From assembly GCF_009914755.1 (NCBI RefSeq), contig NC_060947.1: a stretch of 64,000 nucleotides of DNA; one strand, 5' to 3'. A model generated the notes under the pieces. That model worked only from the letters and a program-made list of their open reading frames with translations, searched no databases and was not told the DNA's origin. Each line of letters starts with the position of its first letter. Positions within the stretch are counted from its first letter, which is position 1. A program made the position numbers and the translations under genes. This document shows positions 14,858 through 34,028 of the stretch, piece after piece. Origin of the DNA: the human T2T-CHM13v2.0 reference genome, Homo sapiens.

Positions 14858-16277
14858 GGTTGTAAGGTGGGATATGGAGGGTACAATGTCCATCTCCAGT
14901 CCCCAGTCCTCAAGCACCAACTAGAAAATTTCACAACCACTGGCCAAGTGTTCAGAGGGTTGGTGTCCATGACCAACCCTTTTTCTCTTCTCTCTATGCT
15001 ATACCTACTTTGCAGTAGCTTGTCTAAAACACACACTCTTAGTAAGCTGGTAGGGGAAAAAAGCCATTTTTCTCAGCCAGCAGATTATAGTTCGTACAGT
15101 AAAATTTCATTTTATATTGAGGCCTGATTCTAAAGGGGATTCAAAATTTAAGGGAAAATGACATATAGTCAAAATTATCATTGAAACTCATTTATGAAGG
15201 CTCCATGTTAAAGATCTACATAACGCTTATCAGTGAGGTCAGTGTTGGAACAGATCCCTGTTTCTTCAATTAAGCAACAGATTAAGTAGCTGGCTTCTGG
15301 TTATGGCCCCTACTGCATGAAAAGTAAATATACTTAAACACTAGTAACACACTCAAGATGATGAAATACATTACAAGAAGCACACAGAAACTGAAATCAC
15401 CTAATTGAACAGCAGATTCAAGTCTCCCAACCTTCACTCATTCTGGGACATAGACTTACTTAGTGGAATGGTAGGCAGATTCACTCCCATTATTTATATT
15501 CTTATTTTCACATGTATGTATGATGTGACTCCACTATCAAGGGGAAGTCACAGGCCCCAAAGGGTGCATTTGGGGACAAGGTCAGAAAGAGACTTTCCAG
15601 TTGGAATTCTCAAGAAATCAACAGAAAATGGAGATTAGCAAAAGGTAGTCGACCTGGAGGGATGGTGTGTGTTTATTATATTGTTACTTGAGTGTTTTCC
15701 ATATTTTTATTAAGGAGACTATATGTCTTCTAAGCATAATAAAAAACACCAGGAACTTTACACATTCAATCTGGCTGATTCTGAAGCAGAAACGACTGGA
15801 ATAGAATTATTTGGGTGGAGGGGGAGCAGGATGTGCAGAGAGTTGTCTTGGTTGGGTTCAACTGTAACAAGGATGAGGTAACTGTTGTGTTGTCATAACA
15901 AAAGAAAAGTTTGCACAGAATCTAGAAAAAATAGAGCCCAAACCCAAGAATTTGTCATTGTTGATCAGCCCTGTACAAGGAAGAGACCATTGTATGTAGC
16001 AGCCTGAGTCTTGGATCCTAAGGAGGTATATTCTCCTACATAGTGGAAACCTTTCTCAGGCTCCTTCATGCTCTGTAGCAACTATCTGCAAAGATTGTCT
16101 AATCCCTTTTGCTCAGAGTCCAACTGCACTTAGCCTCTTCTGATTGCCATAATAATAGCTAACATTTCTTAAGTGTTTGCTATGTTACAGTCCTAGTCAT
16201 AGTTAGGTTTGACTCAACCCACTAAACAGGTTGCTAGCCATTTTATTTCACTACTTTAACTTCCTCTTGCATTTCAT

Positions 16278-16592
16278 GTTTTTGTTTTTGTTTTTGTTTT
16301 GAGACAGTCTCTCTGTTGCCCAGGCTGGAGGTCAGTGACACAATCTTGGCTCACTTCAACATCCACCTCCTGGGTTCAAACAATTCTTGTGTCTCAGCCT
16401 CTCAAGTAGCTGGGATTACAGGCGTGTGCCATCATGCCTGGCTAATTTTTTTGTATTTTTAATAGAAAATGGGGTTTTTAATGGGGTTTCACCATGCTAG
16501 CCAGGCTGGTCTTGAACTCCTGGCCTCAAGTGATCTGCCTGCCTCAGCCTCTCAAATTGCGGGGATTACAGGTGTGAGCCACAACACCCATC
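16278..16592 (-). mobile_element. Alu (AluS/J)
   Basis: (TTTTTG)n tail followed by reverse Alu. Confidence 0.93.
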
Positions 16593-16799
16593 AGAGTTTA
16601 AATCTTTGTTTTCTTCACTCTTAAGGAACTGAAAACTGAGAGCAGTTACTGAGGAAGCAAAGCCCTTTGGGGCTTGTTCTCAGATGCATGCCCTCTGCTT
16701 GGCCACTGAGTAAATCCCTTTTGGAGTGACTGTGTATTTCAGGTGACCCATTAAACTATCCCTCATTTTCTACTTCCATTCTCATAGGGGTGGGATCCT

Positions 16800-17295
16800 T
16801 AAAGTGGATGTGGGTTATAACTGCTGTCCCAACCCTAGGCCTAACTTGATTGGCCCAAGGAGGAGCACCTGACTATTTCGAAGCGCTTTCCAGGAATTTG
16901 AAATTTCAGGGGAAACAGAGAGAGAGAGAGAGAGAGTAAGAGAGTGAGACAGGGAGGAAGGGAGAGATTTTTTTTCCCTGTAGCTGAAGGTTAGAAAGTA
17001 AACAATACTGCCTTGGCAGTATGGGCAAGCTATTTTCCCATGCTTTCTAAGGAGCAGAGAAAGCTACTCATCACAGATGATGAAACAAGGAGAAACATAA
17101 AGAGAAGAATAAATGATGTTGCCTGTTGTCCGAGTTTCTGAAGACTTTGAAGTTGCCTGTTCTAGTCCATTTCTGAGGTCCAGTAAGTTGCTTAACCTTG
17201 GGTTTTGTGACACACCCTAACTTATAATAAATTTCCCTATTTTGCCCGAGGTTACATTGTTTTCTGTTATTTGTAGTTGAAGACTAGTAGTACAG
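16800..17295 (+). mobile_element. Ancient ERVL/MaLR-type LTR remnant with (GA)n tract
   Basis: LTR-like 3' end aataaatttccct...tttctgttatttg..gactagtagtaca; subfamily uncertain. Confidence 0.45.
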
Positions 17296-18518
17296 ACACC
17301 TTATTCAGGTTGATCATTATACCTAAATTTGTGGACCAATTTTCTTTCAATTGTTTTTTATCATTTCATCCAGAACAATGTCCAAGAAAGACCGATATCC
17401 TACCTGCTTCAGTCTATTTCCAAGCCATTTCTTTCCACTGGCTGACATGCCACTGTTCAGTTATTACTCTTGCCTGCACCCAAGAGGTTGAGTCAGAGCC
17501 AAGCCACAAGTCAGTGCCAGCAAAGTAGCTGCATTTATTTCCATTCTGCAGCAGTAGATAATTTATAGATGTATTTAGGGTGAGTTGACAGGATTTGTGG
17601 AAAAAGGGGAAAGATGGGGAGTTCCAGAGTGAACATAGATACCAAATCAGTAGAGGAATGAAACACACTTATCAGACAATCTTTAGAATCTCACCCAGGG
17701 AGCTCAAAGAGGATAGAGCAAGGAACACTAGGTCAGTTCTCCAGAAATCAAGTTGCTATGATAGGCAAAATGCTTTATGGTGCATAGGTTTGCTTCTGAG
17801 GCAGGGAGGGCAGAAATACAACAGAGCTAAAGAGTAAGCAACCAGACAAGATAGGCAGTTCAAGGGAGGGAAATGACAGAGGAGGAGGTAGGGGGAACTA
17901 GATGATAATATGAGAGAAAAGTGAGGTAGAAAGCTCTAGAGATCAACCAGAGCATTCTAAAAGCACCAAGTTAAAAACCAGTTGACTCATTTGGAGGTCA
18001 GCCAAACCAGGTAGGGTAGCTGCATATTGTATTGATGTAGCTAGGAGAGTGAAGAGGCAGTGACTTGAGCTTTCCTGATCATTTCTGCAAGACCACACTC
18101 CTGCTCCCACACCCTTATCAACATTATTTGGATGAGCTCATTTCTCATTGCCACTGTAGCCCCTTCAACCTACATCAAATGATCCTGCATTCTATCAGAG
18201 GTCTCCACTTCCCTTCATCCCTGTTTCCAGGCAGAATATTGAGAGAAACATCTTAATTGTTCTTGCAACTAATATCCATTATTACTTGATGCAAGTTTTC
18301 ATGTAATTGAAATCCATATTTAATTTGGTCATTTTATCCAGGGCAAAATGTTCTATATATTCCATGAGAAATACAAGAAAGAGCAGAGGGTCTATTCAGG
18401 CTAAATTGTTTGCAAGAAACCCATTTAAGCTAACTAAAATAAAGTGAAGTTTATTCTAAGACTATGAGTGGACTAATAGGATGGAAGGAATGGTGCAGAA
18501 ATCTAAGAATAAAAGCTA

Positions 18519-18720
<202 letters not shown>

Positions 18721-19624
18721 CCAAGATTGGAGTAAGGGATATTTTGGGCTTCAAGGTGGCCCTAGAGACTTATAACAGGAGTTTAAGGTCTTCATTATAG
18801 TGACTTGGCTAGGTTTTTAATGCATGCTTCTTTCCATTCCACTATCACTTGACTGCCTCTAATTACTCATCATTACTAATAAATCTCCCTGTTCATGGCC
18901 TATCATGACTTCTTCAGCCTCAACTATACCTCATGACCTTTTAGCTGTAATAATTCACTATTTGTTTTTGTTGTTGTTGTCATTTTCTGTTTCATATTTT
19001 ACATTTAAGAAAGAGAGAATCTGATTGGCCCAGCTAATTTGTTAAGCCAGCCCATACAGGCCAGCTTACACCCTTAGAACAGGTCTTTCTTCCTGCCTTA
19101 CCACAAAAATTTGGCTGTGGTAGGGGGAAGAGGGACAGGCAGAATCATATGGTAGAAAATGTGGCTATGTAGGTGACATCAGCTTTGGGCAAGGACATTT
19201 TACTTAGAATAGAGTGTGGGTAAAACTTGTACTTTAACTAATATGTCCATGAAAGAAAATTACAGAGGTCCACAAGAGCCTAAAACGGTGGTATCTAACA
19301 TGAGATACAAAGAAAGGGGCTGAGGCACTGGTGCCCACAGCAAAGGAACACTGGGAGTTAATCTAAGCCTGAGAAAGGGCCTCAGATCTATACAGTAGAA
19401 AGGCTGGGGCTCCCTTACAGGGATACTTATTGTACATCTACTTTGGGCCAGACACTTTACATTTACTCACGCATTTATCTGGTCTCACATCATCCTTAAA
19501 GAGTAATTATTTTTAACCAAATTGTACAAATGAAGAAACTGAAACTGGAAGAATAACAGCGAACCATCTAAACTAACGAACAAATAATTGACAGAGAAAA
19601 TACATAAGCCTAGGGAGCATAAAC

Positions 19625-23305
<3,681 letters not shown>

Positions 23306-23307
23306 CC

Positions 23308-23645
<338 letters not shown>

Positions 23646-23839
23646 TTATACTATTTCACTTACTAGGCATCTGTTTTCACCCATTACTGGGTTAAAATAT
23701 TTGTTAGAGCAACCCCCGCTTTGTGTCATGGGGCCAATCTCTTTGTAATTATTTCTTTCTAGTACAGGAGCTCTTTAAGGGCTGAAACTCGAACTTGTTT
23801 AATTCTGTATACCTTTTCCATTCATTATCCCCACAATTA

Positions 23840-24186
<347 letters not shown>

Positions 24187-25429
24187 TTGTTGAATGAAAT
24201 GCTTGTTGTTGAATACATGCCATACATTATTTTGGATTTGCAAAAGGCCTCAGCAAATGGTACATATTGTCAAATTAATGCTAAAACAGATTTTGTGCAG
24301 AAAGGAATAAATCAAATCACTGAAAGCTCTTCTATAGCCCTGAGGCTCTGAACTGGACATTAGATTGTTTCCTAGGCTGGAGGGACAGGGACTGTTTTTC
24401 TTAGGCCCTTGCCATGCTCTTAGAATGTCAGCTCCATGAGGGCAGGGATTTTTATCCCCAGTATCTATAAGAGTGCCTAACACATAGTAGATGTTTAATA
24501 ATTGGTTTATCAAGTGAATAAGAAAGTTGACAAAGTGGCCCAAGCCTCTGCCATCTATCTCATTCTTACCCTGTGTTTAAAATGCTGCATTAATGGCTTC
24601 TTCCTTAAGTTATTCTCTTTCAAAATACCACTCTTCCAATATGGGTGACTCACTCAATCTTTCACATGTGCATTCTGATTGGTTCTTCACAAAACAACTT
24701 CATATCCAGTATCCTTTTGATCTGTATAGCAATTTTCCGAGGTGAGCAGGTCAGGGATCACCATGCCTATTTGCAGAGGGGAAATTGAGGCTCAGAGAGT
24801 TGAGATTATTTTGTTCCACATTACTTGACTAGTAGGTGGAAAAGCTAATACTTGAACCCAGGTTTTCTTATCTCCATCCTGAACTTTTTCTACCACAAAT
24901 GAATTTTTCAGATCATTTAGGGTAGGGGGTACTGGAGGGCTCTGTGGATGGGGACAGAGTGGGAAGGAACGAGGGAGAAAACTACAAACCGGTAGAAGGA
25001 TGTTAAAGGGAGAGGTAGAGACAGTTGAAGATTAATCTTGTGCTGGATGTGGCTTGTCTGCCTCTTCCCCTGCTCAATGCCTCATGAGTACCTGTTTTGT
25101 CATGGAGGCAAAAACAAACCTGTTATCTCAATCAGTAAAACTCCCTCTGGGAGAACACTTCCCAGGCTGGGAGGGGTCAAATTTAGCGGGTACTTGGGAA
25201 AGAAACAATATTTACAGCCCTCTTTGCATTAGAAGATTTAACTTTGGGGGTTGCTGGGTTTTTGTTTCGTGGGTGTGGGGCAGAGGTGGTGGTAAAAATA
25301 GCCCTCAGGGCCCTATTAGAAGCAACCAACCAGCAACAAAATTCATGTGTCCGGATATCTGGGGAAGCACCACATGTGTGAAGGGGGTGGGAATGGGTCT
25401 CCTGTTTCTCGCCCAACTAGGGGAAGTCA

Positions 25430-25787
<358 letters not shown>

Positions 25788-26918
25788 CTATTTCCAACAC
25801 TTTCTATTTGAAGTGCTTCATAAACAAGTCTGGGAAGAAGAGGAAGTCGGGAGGAACTACAGTCCAAAGCTCAGTACTGTTGGGGTTAAGTTTCTGGCCA
25901 TATTCAATTTGTCCATTCCCCTTTGGAGGGTGGGTTCTGAGTTTGCATATGAGATAATGGACCAGGATGGGGGCATTGGTGACAATTGTCAGTGGTAAAA
26001 AAAATAAAGCAAAGGACTTCATGGCCACGACCTCTGGCTGGCAGTGGGTTGCCAACCCCAGACTCTGAAGGGTATTTAACACCTATCAGTCCCCATACTT
26101 GAGAGAAGAGAAAATCGAGCCTTTGGACTAGGGCTGCTGAACTTGTGTAGGGCAGGGCTTATGCCTACTGTCCTTCCCTCCTCCACTACAAACTAATCAG
26201 CTATTTGCTGAGCTGTTTTACCCACTGGCTTGTGAGCTCCTTTCTGTGTGCCCAGGCACATGATGGGTGCTCTAATAAATTCATGCAAATGAGCCCAGGC
26301 TTTGTAAGATGGGGCCTTATAAGTACTTCGGCCCAAAGAGACATGGGAAATCATTCTACCCCACATCTTACCTTGGCCCTCCTAAGCTACAGCTTCTGTA
26401 CCAGCTCCAATTCACTAAGCAAATAGTTCTTTTCTCCCTCCCCTCCCTTCCTTTCTTCTTTCCTTCCTTCCACTTGTAGTCTGGGTGGTGAAGGAGCTTC
26501 CTAAGGCCCTTAGAATTTAATACAGTGAAAGGATTAAAGAGCTAGGAGTCAGTATACTTGGATTTAAGTCCCAGCACTGCCACTGTGATTGACTGAGTGA
26601 CCTTGAGTGAGTCCCTCACTCTTTGTGGGTCTCTTGGTGTCTTCACCTCAAAATAAAGTGAACTCTGTTGAGTACTTTTCCAACTGTGCTCTTTGGTACC
26701 ATAGAGTATCATTTCTCAAAGTGTGACACAAGGACATGAGACAACGTTAGGTGTTGCCAGAAGCAAATTTTAAATTACAATAGCTGTGGATATATTTTTA
26801 ATATGAATTAGAAAAAAATATACCTAAAACATTAAGTCTGTGATGTTACATAGGATGAGGCTGAATTTATTTAAGAAAAAAGTGAGTCAATTTAAAGAAA
26901 CATATTAAATATGAACAC

Positions 26919-27486
26919 TGAAGGAACTAAAAATATTTTACCCCAAAACATATTTCTTTGACACATTTTGAGATGGCTGTCAGGGGGCCAGCAAACAGAA
27001 GTAGCCCCACAAAGCTGTCCTTTGTGGGGGAGATTTGCACTTGTAGAGAATCTGCATTGATGCAGCCAGGCCTTCCCTTGTCCAAATCTAGGAAAGACTG
27101 AGAGTCTGACACCTTAAAGAACCGAAAGAAACATTTACCATCTGTTCTCTCTGAAGGTTGCTACCTGTGAGGTTTCATCTACACAATGAGACACTTTTGC
27201 TAGACAGGCCTCCTCTTCTCTCCCTCCGATAACCTGTCTTGGCATTATAAACTGATTTACCACCATTACCTCTTTTGGCCATTCTCTGGGCCCCATTCTT
27301 TCTGTAACCTCAAGATGGTATATAAGCTTCTGCACCCCAGTGGGGGAGTTGGGCAATCACTCTGTGATGCTCCCTGTGTACACGCTAGTAAATCATATGT
27401 CTTTCCTCCTATTACCTACCTTTTTTGAGTTGATTTTTCTGCGAGCCTTCAGAGGGCAAAGGGGAAGTTTTCCCTTGGCCCCTACA
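26919..27486 (+). mobile_element. ERV1-class solo LTR (MER34/MER39-like)
   Basis: TG...CA ends; tgaaggaactaaaaatattttaccccaaaa start and ccttcagagggcaaaggggaagttttcccttggcccctaca end; TATA-like gtatataag and AGTAAA; near 4-bp TSD acac/acaa. Confidence 0.75.
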
Positions 27487-27627
27487 ACAAGCTGGCTGGT
27501 AGATACAGATATAAAAATCATATGGGAGCTCTGGGCAGAACTGAAAGTTAGGCAACACTGCTTTAGAATTCTGAAACATCCCTTCAGAGCAGGGTTGAGC
27601 CCAGGGCCTCCCAATGCCATGAGTTGC

Positions 27628-27790
27628 ACTTTTTTTTTTCTTTTTTTGAGACGGAGTCTCACTTTGTCACCCAAGCTGGAGTGCAGTGGTGCGATCTCGG
27701 CTCACTGCAAACTCTGCTTCCCAGGTTCAAGCGATCCTCCTGCCTCAGCCTAGCAAATAGCTAGGATTATAAGCGCAGGGCCACCACACA
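27628..27790 (-). mobile_element. Alu right-arm fragment
   Basis: Poly-T plus reverse right arm. Confidence 0.85.
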
Positions 27791-27835
27791 CTTTTAATTT
27801 GAAGAAAGAAATTTGTGGCTAAAAAAATATTTGCA

Positions 27836-27971
27836 GCAGGCATGGTGGCTCATGCCTATAATCCCAGCACTGTGGGATGCCAAGACGGGAGGATCGCATG
27901 AGCCCAGGAGGTCAAGGCTGCAGTGAGCCGAGATCGTGCCACTGCACTCCAGCCTGGGTGACACAGCGAGA

Positions 27972-28057
<86 letters not shown>
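27836..28057 (+). mobile_element. Alu monomer with tail replaced by a compound (TC)n(AC)n microsatellite
   Basis: Single arm 27836-27976; (TC)n then (AC)n 27977-28057. Confidence 0.88.
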
Positions 28058-28058
<1 letters not shown>

Positions 28059-28334
28059 CCCCTGAAACAAAAGAAATCCCAAAACTTTGGCCCAGGAAAT
28101 CCTGAAGGTCCCTCCAGTGCTGACATTCTAAGACTCTAAATCACCACAGCACGTCTTGGGTGTTCTTCTGGCCTGAGGGGTAACTTGATGACTCTAAGTC
28201 AAGTGATTTGGAAAGCTGCCCACTTTACTGCAGTCCACTACAGGCTCCAGGCAAAGTTATGGGGAGAAATTAGGAAGCTGCCATTCAAAGTTAGTCTTAA
28301 GGGTGTGGGTAGGGGTAATAGTCTCCAGAGTCCA

Positions 28335-28352
28335 GGTGCCCCCTAGTGGCCA
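28335..28352 (-). promoter_or_regulatory. Candidate CTCF binding site
   Basis: Reverse complement TGGCCACTAGGGGGCACC is a near-consensus CTCF core, in non-repeat sequence. Confidence 0.65.
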
Positions 28353-29784
28353 AAGGCATAAAGGGCTGTGGATAGAGTGTTCCTTTGGGTCTAGATTGGT
28401 ATCCATTTAGGGCAACCAGTTCCAGAGCATGGTTTTTCTCAACCATCCTCAGAGACTGTGAGTTTGTGGGTCGGGGGAAAGGAGGATGAACCTAAAAACC
28501 CTTTATAGTTCTGGCCATTATACCTGACCAGGCTGTATTCCTTCTTCAACCCAAAAGCAGAATGATAGAAAAAGGCTCAGTAAATCCTGAGCATAACCCC
28601 AAATTCAGATCAGTTTGCTTAACTCCCAAGTCCTCTCAAGAAGGGGCTATTGGTGGCTCATCAGGTTCATTTTCCCATCCTGACCTGTAGTCTCAGAAGC
28701 AGCTTTCCAAACAAATAACCACTTGCTAGTTCAACAGCACCAAGGGAGCCTGGGAAGGTTTTAACACCTCCTCTCATAATTTACATTAGTACTCACATAT
28801 CCATGATATTGACAGTTGGTGTTTTCTCAAATTTAGGTAATATGCTTTTGCAAACACATCTTGAAAAACCGTTCCCTAGTCCCTTCTTCCAACCAGTACC
28901 CCCTGCCACCCTTAAAAACTGTCTATTTGGAAATTCCGAAGCCATTTCAGGCTTCATGTAGCACTCATAACTCTTTGCTTTGGCTAGCAAGGTGTTTTCA
29001 AGATTAAGGTATATCAGGCACCAAAAATAATAAAGTAGGAAACTCCAGATCTACATTCCTCCTAAAAAGAAACTAATGCGCTAGAAAAACTGTCAGAATC
29101 AGCTTTTGAAGGACGCTGGAATCTAGTCAAAAACTTACAACAAGGGGAATACTTGGTGAAGAAAGATGTTGCTTTGTGGTAAGAGACTGTTGTGGCATTT
29201 TAAATCACCCACTTATCATCCCCCATGCCCTAGATCAGCAGTGGCTGTGAGGACAGTAGATGGCACTCTTGGTGCAAGTTGCTAGTTCCAGAGGGAGCAA
29301 TATGAACCTTACTCTCAAAGAATTGTGGTATGGGCCTCCACCAGCCTGGAGGCTCCCTCAAAAACTGGCAGGAAGGTTTTCCTATGTTTCACCTGACTCA
29401 GAGTGTTTGCAGGGCTCCAGTGGCTTCCAAGGAGGCTGTTACTGAAAGTATTTAAAGGCACAGGTATTGGCTGCAGCAGCCTGGGGTTAGGGATAACACT
29501 TGAGACAAATGATAGACACACCTAGAAGCCTGGGAAAGAAGAGATTGGGACTGAAGATGTGTATGGGAAAAAGAATTTTTAAAAGCTCCTATGTACACCA
29601 GGGAATCAATAAAGCCACAATCATTCCCAGGGGAGGACACATGCTTGAAAAGACTGGAGAAGAACCTAAGCTTTCACCTCAGGCAGGCCTTCAGGCTCCA
29701 CATATGCAGGAAGGGAAAGCTGAGGCAGAGTTAGGGCCAATATGTGGAGACTGGGATAGTACTCTTTCCTTTCTTGTTTTTATT

Positions 29785-31025
29785 TTTTAAAATTTTTATT
29801 TCAATAGTTTTGGGGCAATGGGTAGTTTTTGGTTACATGCAGAAGTTCTTTAGTGGTGATTTCTGAGATTTTTGTGCACCCATCACACAAGCAGTATACA
29901 CTGTGTACAATGTGTGTAGTCTTTTATCCCTCACCCCACTTCCACCATTCCCCTAGTCCCCAAAGTCCGTTATAGCATTCTTATGCCTTTGCATCCTCAT
30001 AGTTTAGTGAGAACATACAACATTTGGTTTTCCATTCCTGAGTTACTTCACTTAAAATAATGGTCTGCAACTCCATCCACGTTGCTGCAAATGCCATTAT
30101 TTCATTTCTTTTTATAGCTGAGTAGTATTCTATGGTGTATATATACAACATTTTCTTTATCAACTCGTTAGTTGATGGGCGTTTAGGTTGGTTCCATATT
30201 TTTGCAACTGCAGATTGTGCTGCTATAAAGATATGTGTGCAAGTGTCTTTTCCATATAATGACTTCTTTTCCTCTGGATAGATACCCAGCAATGGGATTG
30301 ATGGATCAAATGGTAGTTCTGCTTTTAGCTCTTTAAGGAATCTCTGCACTGTTTTTCATAGTGGTTGTACTAGTTTACATTCCCACCAGCATTGCAAAAG
30401 TGTTCCCTTTTCACTACATCCACACCAACATCTATTTATTTTATTTTTAAATTATGACCATTCTTGCAGGAGTAAGGTGATATCACATTGTGGTTATAAT
30501 TTGCATTTCTCTGATAGTGATGTTGAGCATTTTTCATATGTTTGTTGGCCATTTGCATATCTTCTGTTGAGAATTGTCTATTCATGCCCTTTGCCCACTT
30601 TTTGATGGGGTTATTTGTTTTTTTCTTGCTGATTTGTTTGAGTTCCTTGTAGATTCTGGATGTTAATCTTTCATCAGATACATAGTTTGTGAATATTTTC
30701 TCCTACCCTATGGGTTGTCTGTTTACTCTACTGATAATTTCTTTTGCTGTGCAGAAGCTTTTTAGTTTAATTAGATCCCATTTATTTAAACTTTGTTTTT
30801 GTTGCATTTGCTATTGGGTTCTTGGTCATGAATTCTTTGCCTAAGCCGATGTCTAGAAGAGTTTTTCCGATGTTATCTTCTAGAATTTTTATGGTTTTAG
30901 GTCTTAGATTTAAGTCTTCGATCCACCTTGAGTTGATTTTTGTATAAGGTGAGAGATGAGGATCCAGTTTCATTCTTCTACATGTGGCTTGCCAATTATC
31001 CCAGAACCATGTGTTGAATAGGATT
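29785..31025 (-). mobile_element. 5'-truncated L1PB-like element (ORF2 C-terminus + 3'UTR)
   Basis: ORFs 29981-30349 and 30782-30973 are L1 ORF2 ([15 protein letters not shown]; [17 protein letters not shown]); PB-type 3'UTR. Confidence 0.9.
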
Positions 31026-31385
31026 GTTTTTCTTTTTTTCTTTTTTTTTCATTTCTTAGCTCTAGTCATTTAAGGGAACTCTGAAAACACCAACCAAACA
31101 GTAGGCTAATAGAACAAAGAACTCAGTGGTCACATACAACAAAAAATACTAAAGTAGTTGGGGAAAGTCACTAAAGAAGCATACAATGACAGCCCACAAT
31201 AGCCAACAGAGACAAACCTTGGGGAGGGATAAGAATCTGGTTTCCAGAGTTGTCATTTTATAATACCCAAAATGTCCTGTTTTCAAAAAAAAAAAATGAT
31301 GAAGCATGCAAAGAAACAAAAGAGAAATTAATAGAAAATATCCATGAAGAAGCATACACATTGGACTTCCTAGACAAAGACTTTA

Positions 31386-31980
31386 TTTTTTTTGCACTTT
31401 AACCATAATAATTTCATTTACATTTTTAAAAACCCTGAAGGTAAAATCTAAAAGAGTAACATTTCTTCCTTCTGTTGGATGTATATACAAAATTTTATAG
31501 GACTGTGTAAACTTTGACATATTTTAAGCTTATAAAACAAATAAAATAGAAAATTTACCTAAATCCAACCTATTACACAGTTCAACTTCTATAATACTAA
31601 TAGTGCTGGAAATCTACACACCCAATGCTGAAACTGGTATGTTCCACTGGACCTTGAAGACAGAGAGCCTCACCAATGCCTCACAAAATGCAAGGTAGCT
31701 TTTCCTCTTGGTCATGCATAATGTCATGGTAGAAACTCTAGCACACTCCCAATTTTATGGCCTCAGTCTCCCTAAGCAAATGCCACTTTGTAATGATATT
31801 TTCTTTCTTTAGTCATCAGCTTGTGCCCTAGTGTAGCTGACGTTTATGGGATATACATGTATGTGACTGATGCAATTTGATTATAATATATTATTTTACA
31901 TGTAAGTGGCCGTACTATGTTTGAAATATAAGTGTGGGAATGACTATAGCCATATGATTTTATGGTTTTTTATTTTTAAA
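31386..31980 (-). pseudogene. Orphan retrocopy, probably an mRNA 3' end (parent not recognised)
   Basis: 15-bp TSD tagacaaaga(c/t)ttta at 31371-31385 and 31981-31995; T8 tail at left; AT-rich non-repeat body. Confidence 0.7.
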
Positions 31981-32158
31981 TAGACAAAGATTTTAGACCC
32001 ACATTCTTAATATGCTCAAAGAGATCAAGGAAACCACAGACAAAGAACTGAAATAAATCAGGAGAATGATTTCTCAACAGATAGAGACCGTTGATAAAGA
32101 GAGAGAGAAATTATAAAAAGAAACCAAATAGAAATTGTGAATCTAAAAAATACAAATT

Positions 32159-32793
<635 letters not shown>

Positions 32794-33345
32794 TCAACAT
32801 CAGATTTCAACAGGCAGAAAAATCAATTAACTTGTTAGGTCAATTGAGATTATCTAGTCTGGAGAGTAGGAAAAAAAGAATGAAGAAAGATAAACAGAGC
32901 CTAAGGGACATGTCAGATACCATTAAGGTTACTAATATATATAGCCCAAGAAGAGGGCCCCAGGAAAAGAAGAGAGCAAGAAAGGGGTAGAGAAAATATC
33001 TGAAGAAATAATGACCATGAACTTCCAAAATTTGAGGAAAGACATGAGTCTACACATCCAAGAAGCTCAAGAAGTTCAAGAAGGATAAACTCAAAAAAAT
33101 CCACAGAGACACACATTTTAATAAAACTGCCAAAAGCCAAAGGCAAAGAGACAATCTTGAAAACACACAAACAAAACAAAGTGAGTCAAAACATAAAAGG
33201 GATTTTCCATAATATTGACAGCCAATTTTTCATCAGAGATCACAGAGTCAGAAGGCAATTAGATAACATATTTAAAGTGCTGAAAGAAAAAAAATCAAAC
33301 AAGAATTCTATATCCAGCAAAACTATACTTTAAAAATGAAGAAGA

Positions 33346-33663
33346 GGCTGGGTGCGGTGGCCCACACCTGTAATCCCAGCACTTTGGGAGGCAAAGGCAG
33401 GCAGATCACTTGAGGCCAGGAGTTTGAGAGCAGCTCGGCCAACATAGAGAAACCCCATCTCTACTAAAAGTACAAAAAAATTAGCCAGGCATGGTGGCAC
33501 ACACCTGTAATCCCAGCTACTCAGGAGCCGAGGCATGAGAATCGTTTGATCCTGGGAGGTGGAGGTTGCAGTGAGCTGAGATTATGCCACTGCCCTTCAG
33601 TCTAGGCCACAGAGTGAGACTCCGTCTCAAGAAAAAAAAAAAAAAAAAGAAAAAAGAAAAAAA
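33346..33663 (+). mobile_element. Alu (AluS-like)
   Basis: Full Alu, A-tail. Confidence 0.94.
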
Positions 33664-33729
33664 TGACTTCAGTTTCCAGTCCAGTCTGTGAGGAGCTTAG
33701 AAGTTGTCACTTTGTCTTAATAACAATTA

Positions 33730-34028
<299 letters not shown>

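Noticed and set aside
24636-24682. CCAAT, AP-1 (TGACTCA) and reverse CCAAT cluster as a promoter
   Set aside because: Short motifs expected by chance; no CpG island or exon evidence
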